64,000 nt of DNA from Geosiphon pyriformis uo1 (Eukaryota; Fungi; Glomeromycota). Under the pieces are notes generated by a model. That model was not told the origin of the DNA, ran no database searches, and was given only the letters and a program-made list of their open reading frames with translations. The DNA is taken from the NCBI GenBank assembly GCA_016748015.1, contig JAAOMT010000703.1, positions 496,001-560,000 of the forward strand, read 5' to 3'. The position numbers and the translations under genes are program-made. Positions 15,330 through 28,800 of this stretch are shown piece after piece. Position 1 is the stretch's first letter; every line of letters starts with the position of its first letter.

Positions 15330-17150
15330 TTAAAACTTAAAGTAAAATAGCTTTAGTAATTTGTTTTGTTAATATTAAGAGTATTATTAATAGATTTTTT
15401 AAATATATATTATTAAATTAAAAGTAATAATTTGGATTCTTTGGAATTTTTTTCAGATTTTAATCTAATTAAAAATTGATTTTATAAACAATTTTTTAGC
15501 AAATATAACAAAAATATTTAAATAATAAGATTTTTTTAGTTATTAATATGTCTAATATTTTTTATTTTAAATATAATATTTTTGTTTTAAATATATTGAA
15601 TTCTCTAAAATATTTTAGAATTGTTAGGTTTCTTAAATATTTTAATATTATTTTTGCTAATTAATTATTAAATAGTTATAAATAATGTTTTAATTAAAAA
15701 GATTTTTATTACTAAAAACATATAAATTTAAAAAGCTTAATTTTTTTATGATTTATTTGTGTTTTAAATTTTGTTATTAATAAAAATTTAATTAAAATTT
15801 TTTTGTTATTTTCTAAAAAGCCTTATAAAATAAGTATATAAAATATTGATATTCTTATATTTATCTATTTTGGTTTGTAAGTTGCTTTTTTGTTTAATAT
15901 TTTGATTTTTATAAATAAATTTATTAAAAATTTTGGCTTTTTTAATGTTATTAGTAATACTATAACTTATTTTTCTAAGATTAAATTAAATATTAATATT
16001 GAAATTCATAATTTATTGTTTTTAATTTTGGCTAAAATATAAATTATTGTTTTAATACTTAAGTATATTTTAATATTATCTAATATTACAATTTTTTTAA
16101 TAATTAAGTGTTTTTAAATATTTACAATATTAAATTATTATTAAAAAACTTTAATTTTTATAATAATTACTGAATTAAATATTATTATATTAAAATTTGA
16201 TTAAATATAAAAATATTTTTGTTAAATAAGTAAAAATTAAAAGTTATTCTAATATTTTAAATAATAAATAAATTAATATATTAGCAAATTAGACTATGTT
16301 TTTAAATTTTGGTTTTTCAACAAATATTAAAAAAAAGTTTTTATAATAATTAACCAGATAGTTTTTAAATATATATTATTTTATTAGATTAACAAATAAT
16401 ATATTTAAGCACTTTTTATAAAAGACTTGTTTAGGTTTTAAGATTATAGATTCTTTATTTATTAGTAATATTAATTAATATTTAATTGTTTTGGTTTAAT
16501 ATTTTAATTTTTATATAACTACTAAATTTATAAATAAGTTTACTACTAATTTGTACATATATTTAATAAAAGCTTACTAATTATTGTTTAAAAATAATTA
16601 TTTAATAATAAGTATTCAAATATATTATGTATTTAATATAAAAAAGTAAAGTTCTTAAATTATGCTTTTATTTATAATTTAAATTTATTTGTTTATTAAA
16701 AGCTGTTAAGTAAATAATTTTTTTTTAAAAATCTTTAAATAATATTAGTTTAATATCTTTTATAATATTTTAATTATTGTTCTTAAATCTTTTTAATATT
16801 AGTTTATAGTTAGTTTTGTGTAAAAAGTTTATTTTTAAGAATTAATTAGTAAAGACTAAGACAATTTTTGTTAGTATTAAAAAGTTTATATTAATACTAA
16901 TTAACTATGCAAAAATTAGTTGTTAATTATAGAAATTATGTATAATTACATAATTTAAAACTATAAGTAATAATAGAATAAAAAATTCTTAAGTATTAAT
17001 AACATAATATGTATTGATTTTTCAGATTTTTTAAATATATTATCTTATAATATTGTGTATTTATTAAGATTAATTAAAAGACGTACTATTAGTTTAGAAT
17101 TAAAATTAGTTATATGTTCTTTTTTATTGTAATTATTAATATATTTATTA
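15330..17150 (+). mobile_element. Extremely AT-decayed LINE ORF2 C-terminus (RNase H-like + Cys/His region)
   Basis: Recognisable only after reversing G>A/C>T: KIKSYSNILNNK.INILA (~KVKGHS...GNE.AD.LA) at ~16235-16287; boundaries approximate. Confidence 0.45.
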
Positions 17151-18060
17151 ATATAGTTTTATAGTATTATCTTAATTGGTTATATATAATAAGTATATAA
17201 ATTATATTTAATTTAAAACTTTAAATAGTTGTATTATTTTAAATAATAATTAGACTTTACTTATAAAATAAAATAAAACCATAATTGTTTAACTTAAAAA
17301 TAAATTTTTACACAAAATTTTACTCTATAAAAATCATAGTAAAATAATTAAACTAATTAGAACTTTCTAAATAATGTTTTAAACAAATTAATTAGTTAAA
17401 AATTTTGTTAATAATAAAAAATTAAAAAAGTTAAATATTAAAAAAACAAAAAACAAAATAATTTTTTTGTTTTAACTTATTTAAAATTTTATGAATTTAA
17501 AAAAATTAATACATATAATTTTAAATATTTTAAATTAAATTAATTTAGTTTATTTAATGATATAATTTTATTTAGTTTAAGTAACTAATTATGTATAAAA
17601 CATAAATTGTGACAAATTATATTATTTATATATAAATAACAATTGAATTAAAGCAAATAAAAATTTTTTACAATTATAAATTCAAAATATTTATAATTTA
17701 TAATATCATTAATTAATATAACTATAAAAATAATAAAAAATAAAAACATACATTTAATGTGTTTTTAAAATTTCAATAACAAAAATTTGCTTAAATAATA
17801 AGATTTCAATGTACTAAAAATAGTTTTTATGCTTAATCTTCTAAAATGTGATCTGAAATATGAAATAGAAAAAAATAAATAGCGATCAATAAAGATTGAT
17901 TATTTATAAACTCTTTTCATGTCTCAAATATCAATTGCTCCTATCAACAATTACAATTACATTTTAATTTTAAAGATCCAATAAATTCAAGTCGTTTATA
18001 TTATCCATATTCACGATAAAAATAGAACATTTTGTGAAAATTATATTGCCCGAATTATCT

Positions 18061-21000
18061 TTATGATTGGTCTTTGGTTGGTTTAGTAGGGGAAGTATTA
18101 ATGGGCGTTTCGGGAATTCCATTACGATTATCAATAAAAACCTGAACTGCCACTGCATATCCACTTTCATCACTTTTGACATTATCCTCTTTCTCCGTAG
18201 ATACTTTTTCTATTAAATCCCTTTGCCCAAGAGATGATTGACTATTATTTGTGGTGATCAAATTTGATTGAGTTCTTTCACTTTGTGATGGGAAACAAGA
18301 TTGTGATTTTGTTGAATGCTGCTTAGATGATTTAGATAGTTTGATTTTTGTCGTAGTGGATGTTGTCAGTTGGCCCGTTCCTTCATTAATTGATACACCA
18401 CCACCTGGTACACCAAGGGTTGTTTTATGATTGTTAAAATTTCCCTCAACATTGCCGCCACTAATCTCATAACTATTAGTCGCTAGGCTCGGGTTCACAC
18501 GTTTTTCAACGTTGTTACGATGAATTCGATTTTTCAAATGGATTTCAAAATTGGTTAATGTCAAATCGGGACCAGGTTGATAAAGACGCCCTGGACAATC
18601 AAAACATTTGATGCGAAATTCGTTAGATTTGTTTGATCGTTGAGTGATATCGAATCGATCCCGAGGATATTTCCGAGCCAGTTGATCACGTTGCACAACT
18701 ATCCAATCAGGAAAGACCTATTCATTCCGTCGGCATAAGAATGTTAGAAGCACCACAGGTTTTCAAGATTCGAGATGAATTTATTTATCAGACAGAGAAG
18801 AGGACACTATTACCACTTTTGATAAGGATGTTGACTTTGTAACAGCGAGATTTGCATTAGAATGGGAAGGGGAAGGTGTTGTAATCAATCGTGAGTTCGA
18901 AGAAATATTCGCTGTAGACGAATCGCTTGTTTTAACAGCAAAGGAAAAAGTCGGGGATGTTGTATGAGTACCGGGATTGGGCGCAGAAAGAGTTACTATG
19001 TGTGCTGGTGTTTTTCTTCGCGGTGTTTTAGAAGAGCTCTTCGAAGGAATACCTTGTGTCATTGGGGTGGGAGCAGCTTTAACATTTGCAGATAGGAAAA
19101 TTTCAGAGTTTTAAAGAAAGGCATGAAAGAGTAAAGAAAGGCATGAAACAGAAAAAAAAGCACTATGATTTGGCTTTAAAGCTTACAAGACGCCATTTTA
19201 CTAATCTCCTCCACACTGCCTGTTTGAGCCATACCATTTTGCTCTATTTTATTTTTATTTTGTTTAGATTTGGACTCGAGCTTCTGGACAGTTGCAGAAA
19301 CTTCCATACGAGGATGTTCAATCGAAGGACTACTAGGCAGCTTTCTTGATTTTAGGTCTGCTAACAATGGACTCGTATTCGGGCTCCCCTCCGAGTTTAA
19401 TGATGGCTCGCCAAATGTGGACATGGGTCGCAAAGTATTATTCTTTTGAAAGTAGAGTCCTGGTGATGAGAGAAAAGTATTAAGAATATATATAGCAAAG
19501 GATTGCAATTATTATAGAGCCCATTTGGCTGGTAGTTGATTTTTTTTAACGCACCACATGCATTGCAAAGAGTCTATTTAATACTAAGTCAGTTAGTAAA
19601 AATTAAAAGAATCAACTTCCAATTAAGCACATCATATAGTACCTTTTCTCCTGCAGGACCTTTCCTTAATAGCGGAGTTTTAGAGGAATGACATCCGCAA
19701 TTATAGCAGGTCCATTCTTCCAACTCTTTTCCACTTATTCCTTAGAGTTTTTAATAAATTAATTTATATAAAAAAATAGTTTAATTCGTTTTCCCTGAAT
19801 TCATGTAAAAATGTAGATTAAATTTTTTCATTTGAAAGTGGGAAACCAATTTTTTTTTAATGGACGGAATTGAGGTTACTAAATATTAAGCATTCAATGG
19901 TGTCATCAGATCGACGTTATATGAACAAAATTTGTTTTTAGGTAATCAAAGGTATTTCTTAATATTAATGAAAGCCTCATAAGAAAGCAAAGATACAAAT
20001 TTTTTCCGCTAGCCAACTTGAATCGAAGGGGAATTTTTGTTTGAAAATAAAAATTCTTTACCTGCAGTACGTCGGTAAGAACGCTTTCCGGATTCTTTTG
20101 ATTCTCGAGCGGGTGTGGTCGGACCTACAGAGCCGGATCTTCCAGTACTATGAGTTTCTGAAGCTTCTAAAAATCCTGATACCTGTGTTTGATTGCCACT
20201 TCCACGCAAGTTGCTTGACCCTGCCGCGACGGTGCGACCACGTCGTACTTTTCCTTGAGAAAGGGTAGCCGGTTTCTCCGAGATGGCGGAATAATTATCA
20301 TAACCCATCGAACTAGCTTTGCGCTGAACAGGTGGCATTCCAGAAGCGATTACAGTGATAAAGCTATTTTCGTCAGTTGGATCTGGAATAATCGAAGTAT
20401 TATGCAATAATGTTCTATGTGTCTTGGGGGGTTCCCTATCTGGCAAAATGACTCCTCTTCTACCACGGGTTTGTCGGCGTTTACGCCTTATGTTTAAAGG
20501 TGTGTTGTAAGCCCACGTGATCGAACAAAGAGAAGATAAAATTAGGAGTAAAAAGAAGAGCGAAAATAAAACAAATAATAACCTTGCATCTCTATCCCTG
20601 TCCTTTTCAATTTTATCAATTTCAGCCTCTGTTAACTCAACCAATAAAGGCGTATGCTGGTCAACTTGTTCTTCCTTACGTAACACAGTCGATAAGATAG
20701 GCAGAAAATTTTGTCGAAGGTCATCGTCTTGAACAAGGCTACCATTAAAAGGATGCCCCACTAGAATCAAAGACTTAACGTAAATCTGGACTTGTTCACG
20801 TATGGAATGAGCGATTGCGGTCCTTTTGCGTGAAATTTCCAAGCTTAGTATCGATTAATGCAAGCAAGTTCTTGTTTTCAAAGAATTTTATAATTTCATA
20901 CTTGAATTCACCACCTAACCCTAATTCAGTTGTCAATATTTCCGCAAAAAGTTCAGGATCATTTTTTTGGCAATTAATATCCCACTCAAATTGATCCACA

Positions 21001-22657
21001 AGGGATATGTTTCCAACTGTCACATCAATCTAAACTCAAAATATCAAAGTTAAATAATGAACCGAGTGATAAAAAAGTTAGTCATATATGAGGAATATAA
21101 CCTTGATAAGAATTCTTAATTCCCCGTCATCGCCAATATTTTCAACCTTCTCATCAACTTCCATCATCTCCTTAGTCTCTAAGGAATCATCATTCGCATT
21201 TTCAAGTTTAGTTTTTGGGTTCGGCTTAGAGGTGAAAGGTTTAGGAGATTCTTCGGAATGGTTCAAAGGGGGAACAGATATTGCTGTTACTGCAGGATGC
21301 AGATAATATCCTTGTACTTGATCTCGAATTTGTTTAGCTATTGCGGGAACGAATGAAGCGCTTGGAAAATGCATATCATCACAGAGCACCTCAGCGAAAT
21401 GTTCTGGGATTATAGCGGTTTCTAAGGGCGTTGAGAAATCACATAATAAGTATAAGTCACTAATATATACATAAAATCTCGGTGATACCAAACTTCATCT
21501 AACCATTCTCATGATATAAATATTCTTAACCATATTCCATATACCATTCATGTTCCAAGTAAAGGTATCACGAAGCTTATATCCGTCCAAGTCAACCTCC
21601 AATCTAATAGGTACTAGTAGGTCTTCTTTCCCTGCAACTTCAATCAGCTGTTTGGCTGAACTTAGGAAATAAATAAGAAAAAGGTTTAAATAATCACAAA
21701 AAATCAATGATTTTCACAGAGAACATCTTTAGACGAAGGGATTAGTAAGTCATCATATAAAATCACTTACAACACGAATTCTTTAGTCTTCTTAACCCGC
21801 TTTTTTTCATGAGGATATATAATCCGAAATTTGTTTCCTGTGATGCCATTTCCATACCCATCATATCCTGAACCAAATATAGAAACACCATTGCGTGATT
21901 GATTTTTTCTTTCCATCTGAGCCATTTCCATTTCTTTTCTTTTTTCAGTAATTAAAGCCATTTGCCGTTTGTGCTGAATGTCTAATGCTTTTTGATATAA
22001 CGTATCACGTTCAATAAATGTCTCGAGATATTGCTTTTGTATAAGAGTAAGATCGGGGGCTGGCTCGTATGGCCGCTTTCGATGGGATGGATTTTGAAGT
22101 GTTTGAGAGTGAGATGCAGGATGATGATGGTAAGTTTGCCCTGATAATGAACTTTGTTGTTCCTTTTTAGGTGGGTTTGAGGGGTTTTGTGAACTACGTA
22201 ATTGTGCTTTAGGCCGGTTTTGAGTTAAATTGAAGCCAATCTGCTGCTGCTGTTGTTGTTGTTGTTGTTGTTGTTTTTGTTGCTGTATTGATGTGATCGG
22301 CTGTCGAGACGAGTTAATTTGGCCCAAATTTGGTTGAAGGCGAGTGAGCCCTTGTTGCTGAAACAAATCTACGCCACCATTCACATTATTCTGAGATTGA
22401 AACCCCCCTATGGAGTTTCCAATGTTTTGACTATAAGGAGGAATGGTCGAATTTGCTCCTTGTATTGCTTGACGACCTTGAAAAACATTAGAGTTTAGCA
22501 TCATGTTGCCACCACCCACCCCTAAATTTTGCAAGGTGGAATTTCCAACTGTTGTAAATCTAAGTTCCCTTCCAACTTGTTGTTGCTGTTGAGATGTATT
22601 CGCAGTCATGTGGTGGGGTTCGGGCAAATTGGTTCCGAAATTCGTCAAATCCTCCAT
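18061..22657 (-). CDS. SNF5: SWI/SNF chromatin-remodelling subunit Snf5/Ini1 family, ~1141 aa, with Q-rich N-terminus, SNF5 repeats, GATA-type finger and C-terminal C2H2-like domain
   Basis: [71 protein letters not shown] are SNF5 repeat motifs. Inferred exons, all GT-AG, total 3426 nt, frame-consistent: 22657-21771, 21660-21545, 21421-21102, 21029-20902, 20822-20583, 20486-20062, 19740-19643, 19573-19555, 19459-19187, 19076-18814, 18717-18061. Junctions around exons 9-10 are least certain. Confidence 0.92.
22242..22285 (-). repeat. (CAA/CAG)n polyglutamine tract in SNF5 exon 1
   Basis: [15 protein letters not shown] in ORF 21767..22666. Confidence 0.9.
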
Positions 22658-23109
22658 TTTCTTCAATATGAAGTGACGATGGTGATTTAAAAATTATAAT
22701 GGCGAATCAAAAGTTCAAAACACTAGTTTTCCCGTAAGTCAAATAGAAACATAACAGAATTTAGAGACTTTGTAACATGTGATTAAACTTTAGTAAATGT
22801 ATATTGACAAATAAATTTCATAACATAATATACATAATAATTAATTTTTTATTTATTTGCTATAACAAAGGTGTGTAATCCTTCAGTTATTGATTTTTTT
22901 ATATTTACATAATATTAAAGATATTTAGAAATGGTTTTTATGTATAATTTTAATTTAAATATAAATAAGTAAATTTTTCAAAATAAAAAACTTTAATTAA
23001 AGTAAAATTTTTGGTTTTAAAAACATAAAAATGCTTTTTTAATTAAATATAAACAAATAATTATAATTAAAAATTTTTGGTTATCTAATTTTAGATTACA
23101 AAATATTAT

Positions 23110-26100
23110 TGTTTTTTTTTTTTAAGTTTGTTGTTGGTTTTAAGTCTTTTGTTTTATTTTATATTAGTACAAAATTCTATGTTAAAATTTTTATTTTTTT
23201 GGTTTTTCTTATTATTGTATCTTTAATTATTTTTGTTGTTAATTTTGTAATTAAATTTGGATTAAATTTTTTGAAATTTTAGATCTTAAGTTTAACTAAA
23301 TTAATTAAATCTGTTGTTAAACTAATTGATTTATTGATTATTTTGGTTATTATTTTGAAAAAAGTTTTTTTATAATTTAGTATGATAAATTAAAACCATT
23401 TTTGCTTAACTATGAAATTACTGTTAACTATAGTATTATTATTATAAAAAAAGCTGTTAAAAGTTTTGGTTCTGGCACTAATAGCAGAAATGTTGTTTCT
23501 AGGAAGAAAAAGAAGAGTGTTGTATTGAAAGATAATACTATTTATGATGTGGCTTCTACAGAAGAGATGGTTAGAAGTTTTTGGAATTCTGATACTAGAG
23601 ATACAACTAAATCTAATAGTGTTAACATAAAAAAGGAGTTCTTGGTGCAGAAAACCAATATGAATTATGGTAAAAGAAATGTTTTCATTAAAAGTAATTT
23701 TGGCCAAATGTTGAAGGAACCAAAATTAATTACAAAGAAAGCTTTGAGTATGCCATTGGAAAAAATTGATTTTTCAGCTGTTAATAATAATAATAATGTT
23801 TTTTCGGATGCTTTTGTGATTTTTCTCTCTCCTTTAAAGAATTTGGTCAATGTTTTTATCAGAAAATATTTTGTTCTGAATATTGGCCTAAACAAAGTTA
23901 TTAGAAAAACTTCTTAAGAAAAACTTATGATGATAAAAAAATTGTTTTTAAGAGTTAATGGTTTTGGAAGAGCCTTTATTCTCTCAAAATTTTCTGGAAT
24001 TATCTGAGCAACATTTACTTCTAAATCAAGCTTGGCTCAAGTATCTAATATGACTAAAAATGCAAAAATCTTGGTAAATACTAATCTTAAAAAATCTACT
24101 GGTTATTCAGATTAAGCTGTGGTAATAAAAAAAATTTCTGTTAAAACATTGGCTGAGACTGTATGTACTATGCTATTTGAGTTTGAAATAATTAAGTTAA
24201 TTAAGATACAATTAGTGGGGCTTTAACAAAAGGCTATAATTGAGTTTGAGCAATTGGATTATGCTGATTTGGTTGTAGCAAAGTAGTCCATTCTAATTGG
24301 GAATGATGTTATATGTATTGTTAGATCTGATAAAGACAAAGAATTTTGGAATACAAAAGACAATTATAGAACTCTGTTGTATACTTTGTCAGTGAAAACC
24401 AATACTTATAATATTTGGAATTATGTCATTTCAGTGGGTGAGAAAACTTGTATCATTGACTATCATTTGATTATATATGCTTGGGCCAAGTATGTAGTTG
24501 TATGCTTTGATTCTGCTAATTCATTAAAGTCTGCCATGACAATTACACCTGTGCTAAAGAGTACCAATCTATACTGGTCTTATCTAAGATCTGCCAAATA
24601 TACAAAATATAAGAATTTAGATTATATATTCTTAAGTTGTGCTTTCAGTGAAAAAAATTCTCTTGGTGCTTTTTCTTATAAAATGCTTTCTGAAGAAAAT
24701 AAAAACAGACTGGCATCTATTTATGTCAAATATTCAATACCAATTGCTTATTCTGTTCCTTTAATGGTGTTTTCTGGACAAAAGTCATTGGTGGGTCTTT
24801 CTTTTCTCTTTTTTTTGCACAAAATAGCTCTTTAAACTTTGGTTTCTTTTTGAAAATGAAATCTATTCTGCTGGTATCTATGAATTTGAATGATAGGTTT
24901 GCCACTCTTGAGTGCAGTCTTGCCAGTCTTGCAGAGCACATTAACAAGCTGGCTAAGAGGTTAGATGCATTTGTGCTGATGGTTTTTTAACTTAGCTTTG
25001 GATGTTACCTGTTAATAACTTTCTCATTACAGAATCAAAAGACAGATATAGTGGTAAGTAAGAGTTTAGGTGTGGCCACTTGTGATAAGACTGTTGCAGA
25101 AGCAGTAGTTTTTGATCAGTCAATTATTTCAAAAATGGAAGAAATTTTGAACAATTTTTTGGTTACTGTTATAGGTCTATTGGCCAAAATAAACAATTTT
25201 GGTTTAGTACTAGTTATCTGTTCTCCTTAATGATTAATTTTGTCTGAAAAGTAGTTACATGTAATATAAAAGGCATGAATAACTCTGCTAAGCAAGCAGA
25301 TATTATTTAGTGACACAAGAATATAAACAATTTAATTTCAATTTTCACAGAAACAAAGCTAAAAGAGAAGATTCACTCATAGATTGTTAACAGATTTGTT
25401 GGTGTTTAAGTATTTACTTCTGGTTTAAACTCTGGTTACCTGGATTTTGATATTGCAATTATTATAGATACTTTTCTAACAAAGCATATATATAAGGTTT
25501 TAGAAATACTTGGTTGGCTTCTTTCTGTCAAGCTCTTTTTCAAAAATAAACTTTCTGTTTTGATTTTGAAACTTTATGCTGAAGCTTCTATAACAGCTTG
25601 TTTTTCTTAAGCTGATGAAATCAATTCTCTAATAGCTAAAGCTATTAATGAATCCTCTTTTGTTGTTCTAAGTGGTGATTTCAATAAAGATAGTTCGTGC
25701 AAGTGTGATAGTTTCAAAAAATCCCATGATTTGGGTTTGGCCAATTCTTTGTCTGAGAGTTCAGTTGTGAATAATTACACATGAAGTAATTTAAAAAGTG
25801 CTAAAAAAACAATTAATTATGTGTTTGTTTCTTTTAACTTGGTTAATACAATAGTAGGTTACAATGTCTTGTCTGTTAGTGAACATTTTAATACTGATCA
25901 TCAGACTGTTTCTGTATCAGTGAGTTTGGGTGAACTATTGAATACACATTTGCATTCCCTTTACAAATAAGCAAACAAAAATTGTTAGAAATTCAATTTT
26001 AAAAGTACTAGTAACATCAAATAGGCCAAGTTCAAGAACATTACAGCTGTAAATACAGCTATGTTTTCTGATAAATTCAGTGTTTTTAAAGAGTTATCAA

Positions 26101-26841
26101 ATTTAAATACAATATGGAATACTATTTACAAAGCAGTGTATTTATTAACTGGTAAGATTTTTAGGAAAAAATGATTTAAGAACTATAATAATGTTTACAC
26201 TAAAGAATCATCAAGATTTCACAAGCTGGAACTTTTGGTGTCTAAGATTATTAAAGCCTCTCATTAGATATCTTACAATGAATTCATGTTATTGCTAAAT
26301 ACATAAAATGGTTTTGATTCTGTTAATGCATCTGTAATAAGGTTTTTTTTCTTTCAAGATCTTATTTTGATGTTATTAAATCTGCTCTGGCCAGGGTTAG
26401 AAAGTCTTATTACTCTTCTAAAATGATGGAGTCAAAACATGCTGAAGAGTCTCAGATTAAGGCAGCAATTAATAAAAGAATGAAGGATTTTGAATTAAAC
26501 AAGGATTACATTATTAAGAATATATTAGAGTGTTCTTTTTACAAAGTAGTATTGGACCATTTGGTTATTGGTAATAAACTAATTCTGGAACCTAATCAAG
26601 TCAAGTCAAAGATAGATGTAATTATAAAAAACTGAACTCAAAAGTGTAATGTAATTAAAAATCTTTCTGATAATTGGTTTTATCAGTATTGATCTTTGAA
26701 TTATGTTTTTAATAATGCTTTTTCAAGTGTAATGTGTCTAGTTAGTTTTAATAAAATGTCTGCTGTAATCTCAGCTTTGTCTAATAAAAAAGCTGCTGGT
26801 CTTTTTAGCATCTTAAATGAATTGTGGAAGCATTGTAATAA
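23110..26841 (+). mobile_element. Decayed LINE (5' region, ORF1, ORF2 APE endonuclease up to start of RT), truncated by LTR insertion at 26842
   Basis: ORF2 from 25230: MINFV(W)KVVTCNIKGMN...IFTETKL...LSGDFN...KTINYVFVS...TDH; KAAG...NELWKH pre-RT motif at 26790-26833; ORF1 remnants in ORFs 23402..23917 and 24377..24835. Confidence 0.88.
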
Positions 26842-27702
26842 TGTTATAAGTGATTATTTGGGGTCTTAAAGCAAATAACAAATCCATAACTTGGTGCTCA
26901 ATTGATATAATAATATTGGTTTTTGAAGGTTTTCATAATCTGAAGGTTTTGAGTTAAAGTTTTTTGTATAATAAACAAAGATTCAATAGTGTCTTAGTAG
27001 CCTCCTGGAATTGCAATTCCATCAGATTTTTTTCTCAATATGATGGTTGATAATCTGGCAAAGATGTCTTTCTGGTAAGCTATCCTTAAATTCTCACTCT
27101 ATATCTTTCTTTTGGGATCTTTTACCAGACTATCTTTAATGTCAATAACTCAGCACTTAATTTTTAATCAAATTAGTCAACAACAAGAAAGAACAAAATA
27201 AAAGAAAATGAAAAATAAAAGAAAATAAAGAAATAAGCCAAGGCAATTAATGTTAGTATTCTGTCAATAGCCATGATCAAAAGCTATTGTTCTAGCATGA
27301 TCAAGTATTTGATATTATTAACATAAAGTGTTGATAGTAAAAAGTGGATTGAGATAGTAAATAATTATTTATTGGTATTTGTAAATTGAAAGATTGCTTA
27401 GATGAAATCTAAAACTAAAAGGTCTGTCTTTTTTACTTCTAATACTATTGTTATATATACATAATCAAGATTTCTCAATTTCTCAATTTTTTACACCAGG
27501 AATTCTGGAATTTCTGGAATCCTGTAATTTTTTTAAGAGGAATCCTGAAATTCTGGAATTCTGGAATTTCTTGTATAAAAATTCTGAAATTTTTGAAATC
27601 CTGCAATTTTTTTAAGAAGAATCCTAAAATTCCATATTTATTATGGCTACTTCTGATTGGTTAATTTATATGCTAATATTTTTTTATATTTTATAAGTAA
27701 CA
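26842..27702 (-). repeat. 3' LTR of outer minus-strand Gypsy element (PPT at 27703-27717)
   Basis: TGTTATA...GTAACA termini; adjacent ttattctcttctttt is the PPT complement. Confidence 0.9.
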
Positions 27703-28620
27703 TTATTCTCTTCTTTTAATATTGAGCTCCATCAAAATCTTCTAATTCTAATTCTCTGTCTTTGAGTATTTTTTAAACTTCTTTTTCAAGAATTACTTGT
27801 GTTATCTTAGTCTGTAATTTTTCAAATTGGACATTAGTTATTTTTTTTATTTGGTTAATGGTAATAAAGTTCATTGCTGAATTGAGTAAGATTTCTGGTT
27901 AGTCTTGAAATCCAACTTGTAATCAATAAATGGTTCATGCTTGTGTGATTAGATTGTTTTTTTCTACAAATTGTTTAAGTTGTTATAATATTTCTGAGTT
28001 GAATAATCATTTGTCTTATCTGTATATAAGTTCTGAATATTCAGATATTGTCCCAAGTGGTAATAACAAAAGTTTCTTGGAAATTGTTGTATCCACCAAT
28101 TCCACATTTCTATTGTCAATTCTTGATATGGTACACTTTTTGTTTGTATTTCTATTGTCATTTTTACTTTTGTTATTATCTTATCAATAGTATTTTCTAA
28201 TTTTCTCTGTTTTTTGTATTGAAATTTTTTCTTTGTATTTTTATATTGAATGATTTGTTGGTTAATGATAATTTCTATATTTTGTTGTTGAATCAATTAG
28301 AAGAATTGTTATGCCAGTGTGTATATATTGTTAGTAATTTCCATTTTTTTGATATCTTTTATTACATGCTAATTTCTTATATAACATTTTTAAAGTCTCA
28401 ATTTGACATGTTTGGTTAAATAATTATAATTGGTTCTAGATCTTATGGAATTTTATCTGGTTGGACTAGTATTTGTTGTATTTTCAGTTATAGAATATTA
28501 TAGATAGATGATGATACTGTATAGTAATATAGTTTTAGTCGATTACCATGTGCTGTTTTGGCTAAAATTTTGTTGCCCATTATTACTTATAGAATATAAG
28601 AAGTATATTAGCATATAAAT

Positions 28621-28800
28621 TAGCCAATTAGAAATAACCATAGTAAATGTGAAATTTCAGAATTCCTCTCAGAAAAATTGCAGAATTCCAGAAATTGCAA
28701 GATTTCTCTCAAAGGAATTGCAGAATTTCAAGAATTCTAGAATTCCTGGTGTGAAGAATTGAGGAATTGAAGAATTTTAATTATGTATATATAGCAGTAG
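28621..28800 (+). promoter_or_regulatory. LTR U3 promoter: CCAAT box, GGAATTGCAGGATTCCA-type tandem array, TATA (TATATATAGC)
   Basis: AGCCAATCAG consensus across copies; array copy number varies; TATATATAG present in all full LTRs. Confidence 0.65.

Noticed and set aside
18061-22657. Assignment as RSC subunit Sfh1, or as several separate genes
   Set aside because: Fragments splice into one frame; Q-rich N-terminus, LRDTFTWN and the C-terminal CxxCPG.LY domain fit Snf5 better (phylogeny would confirm)
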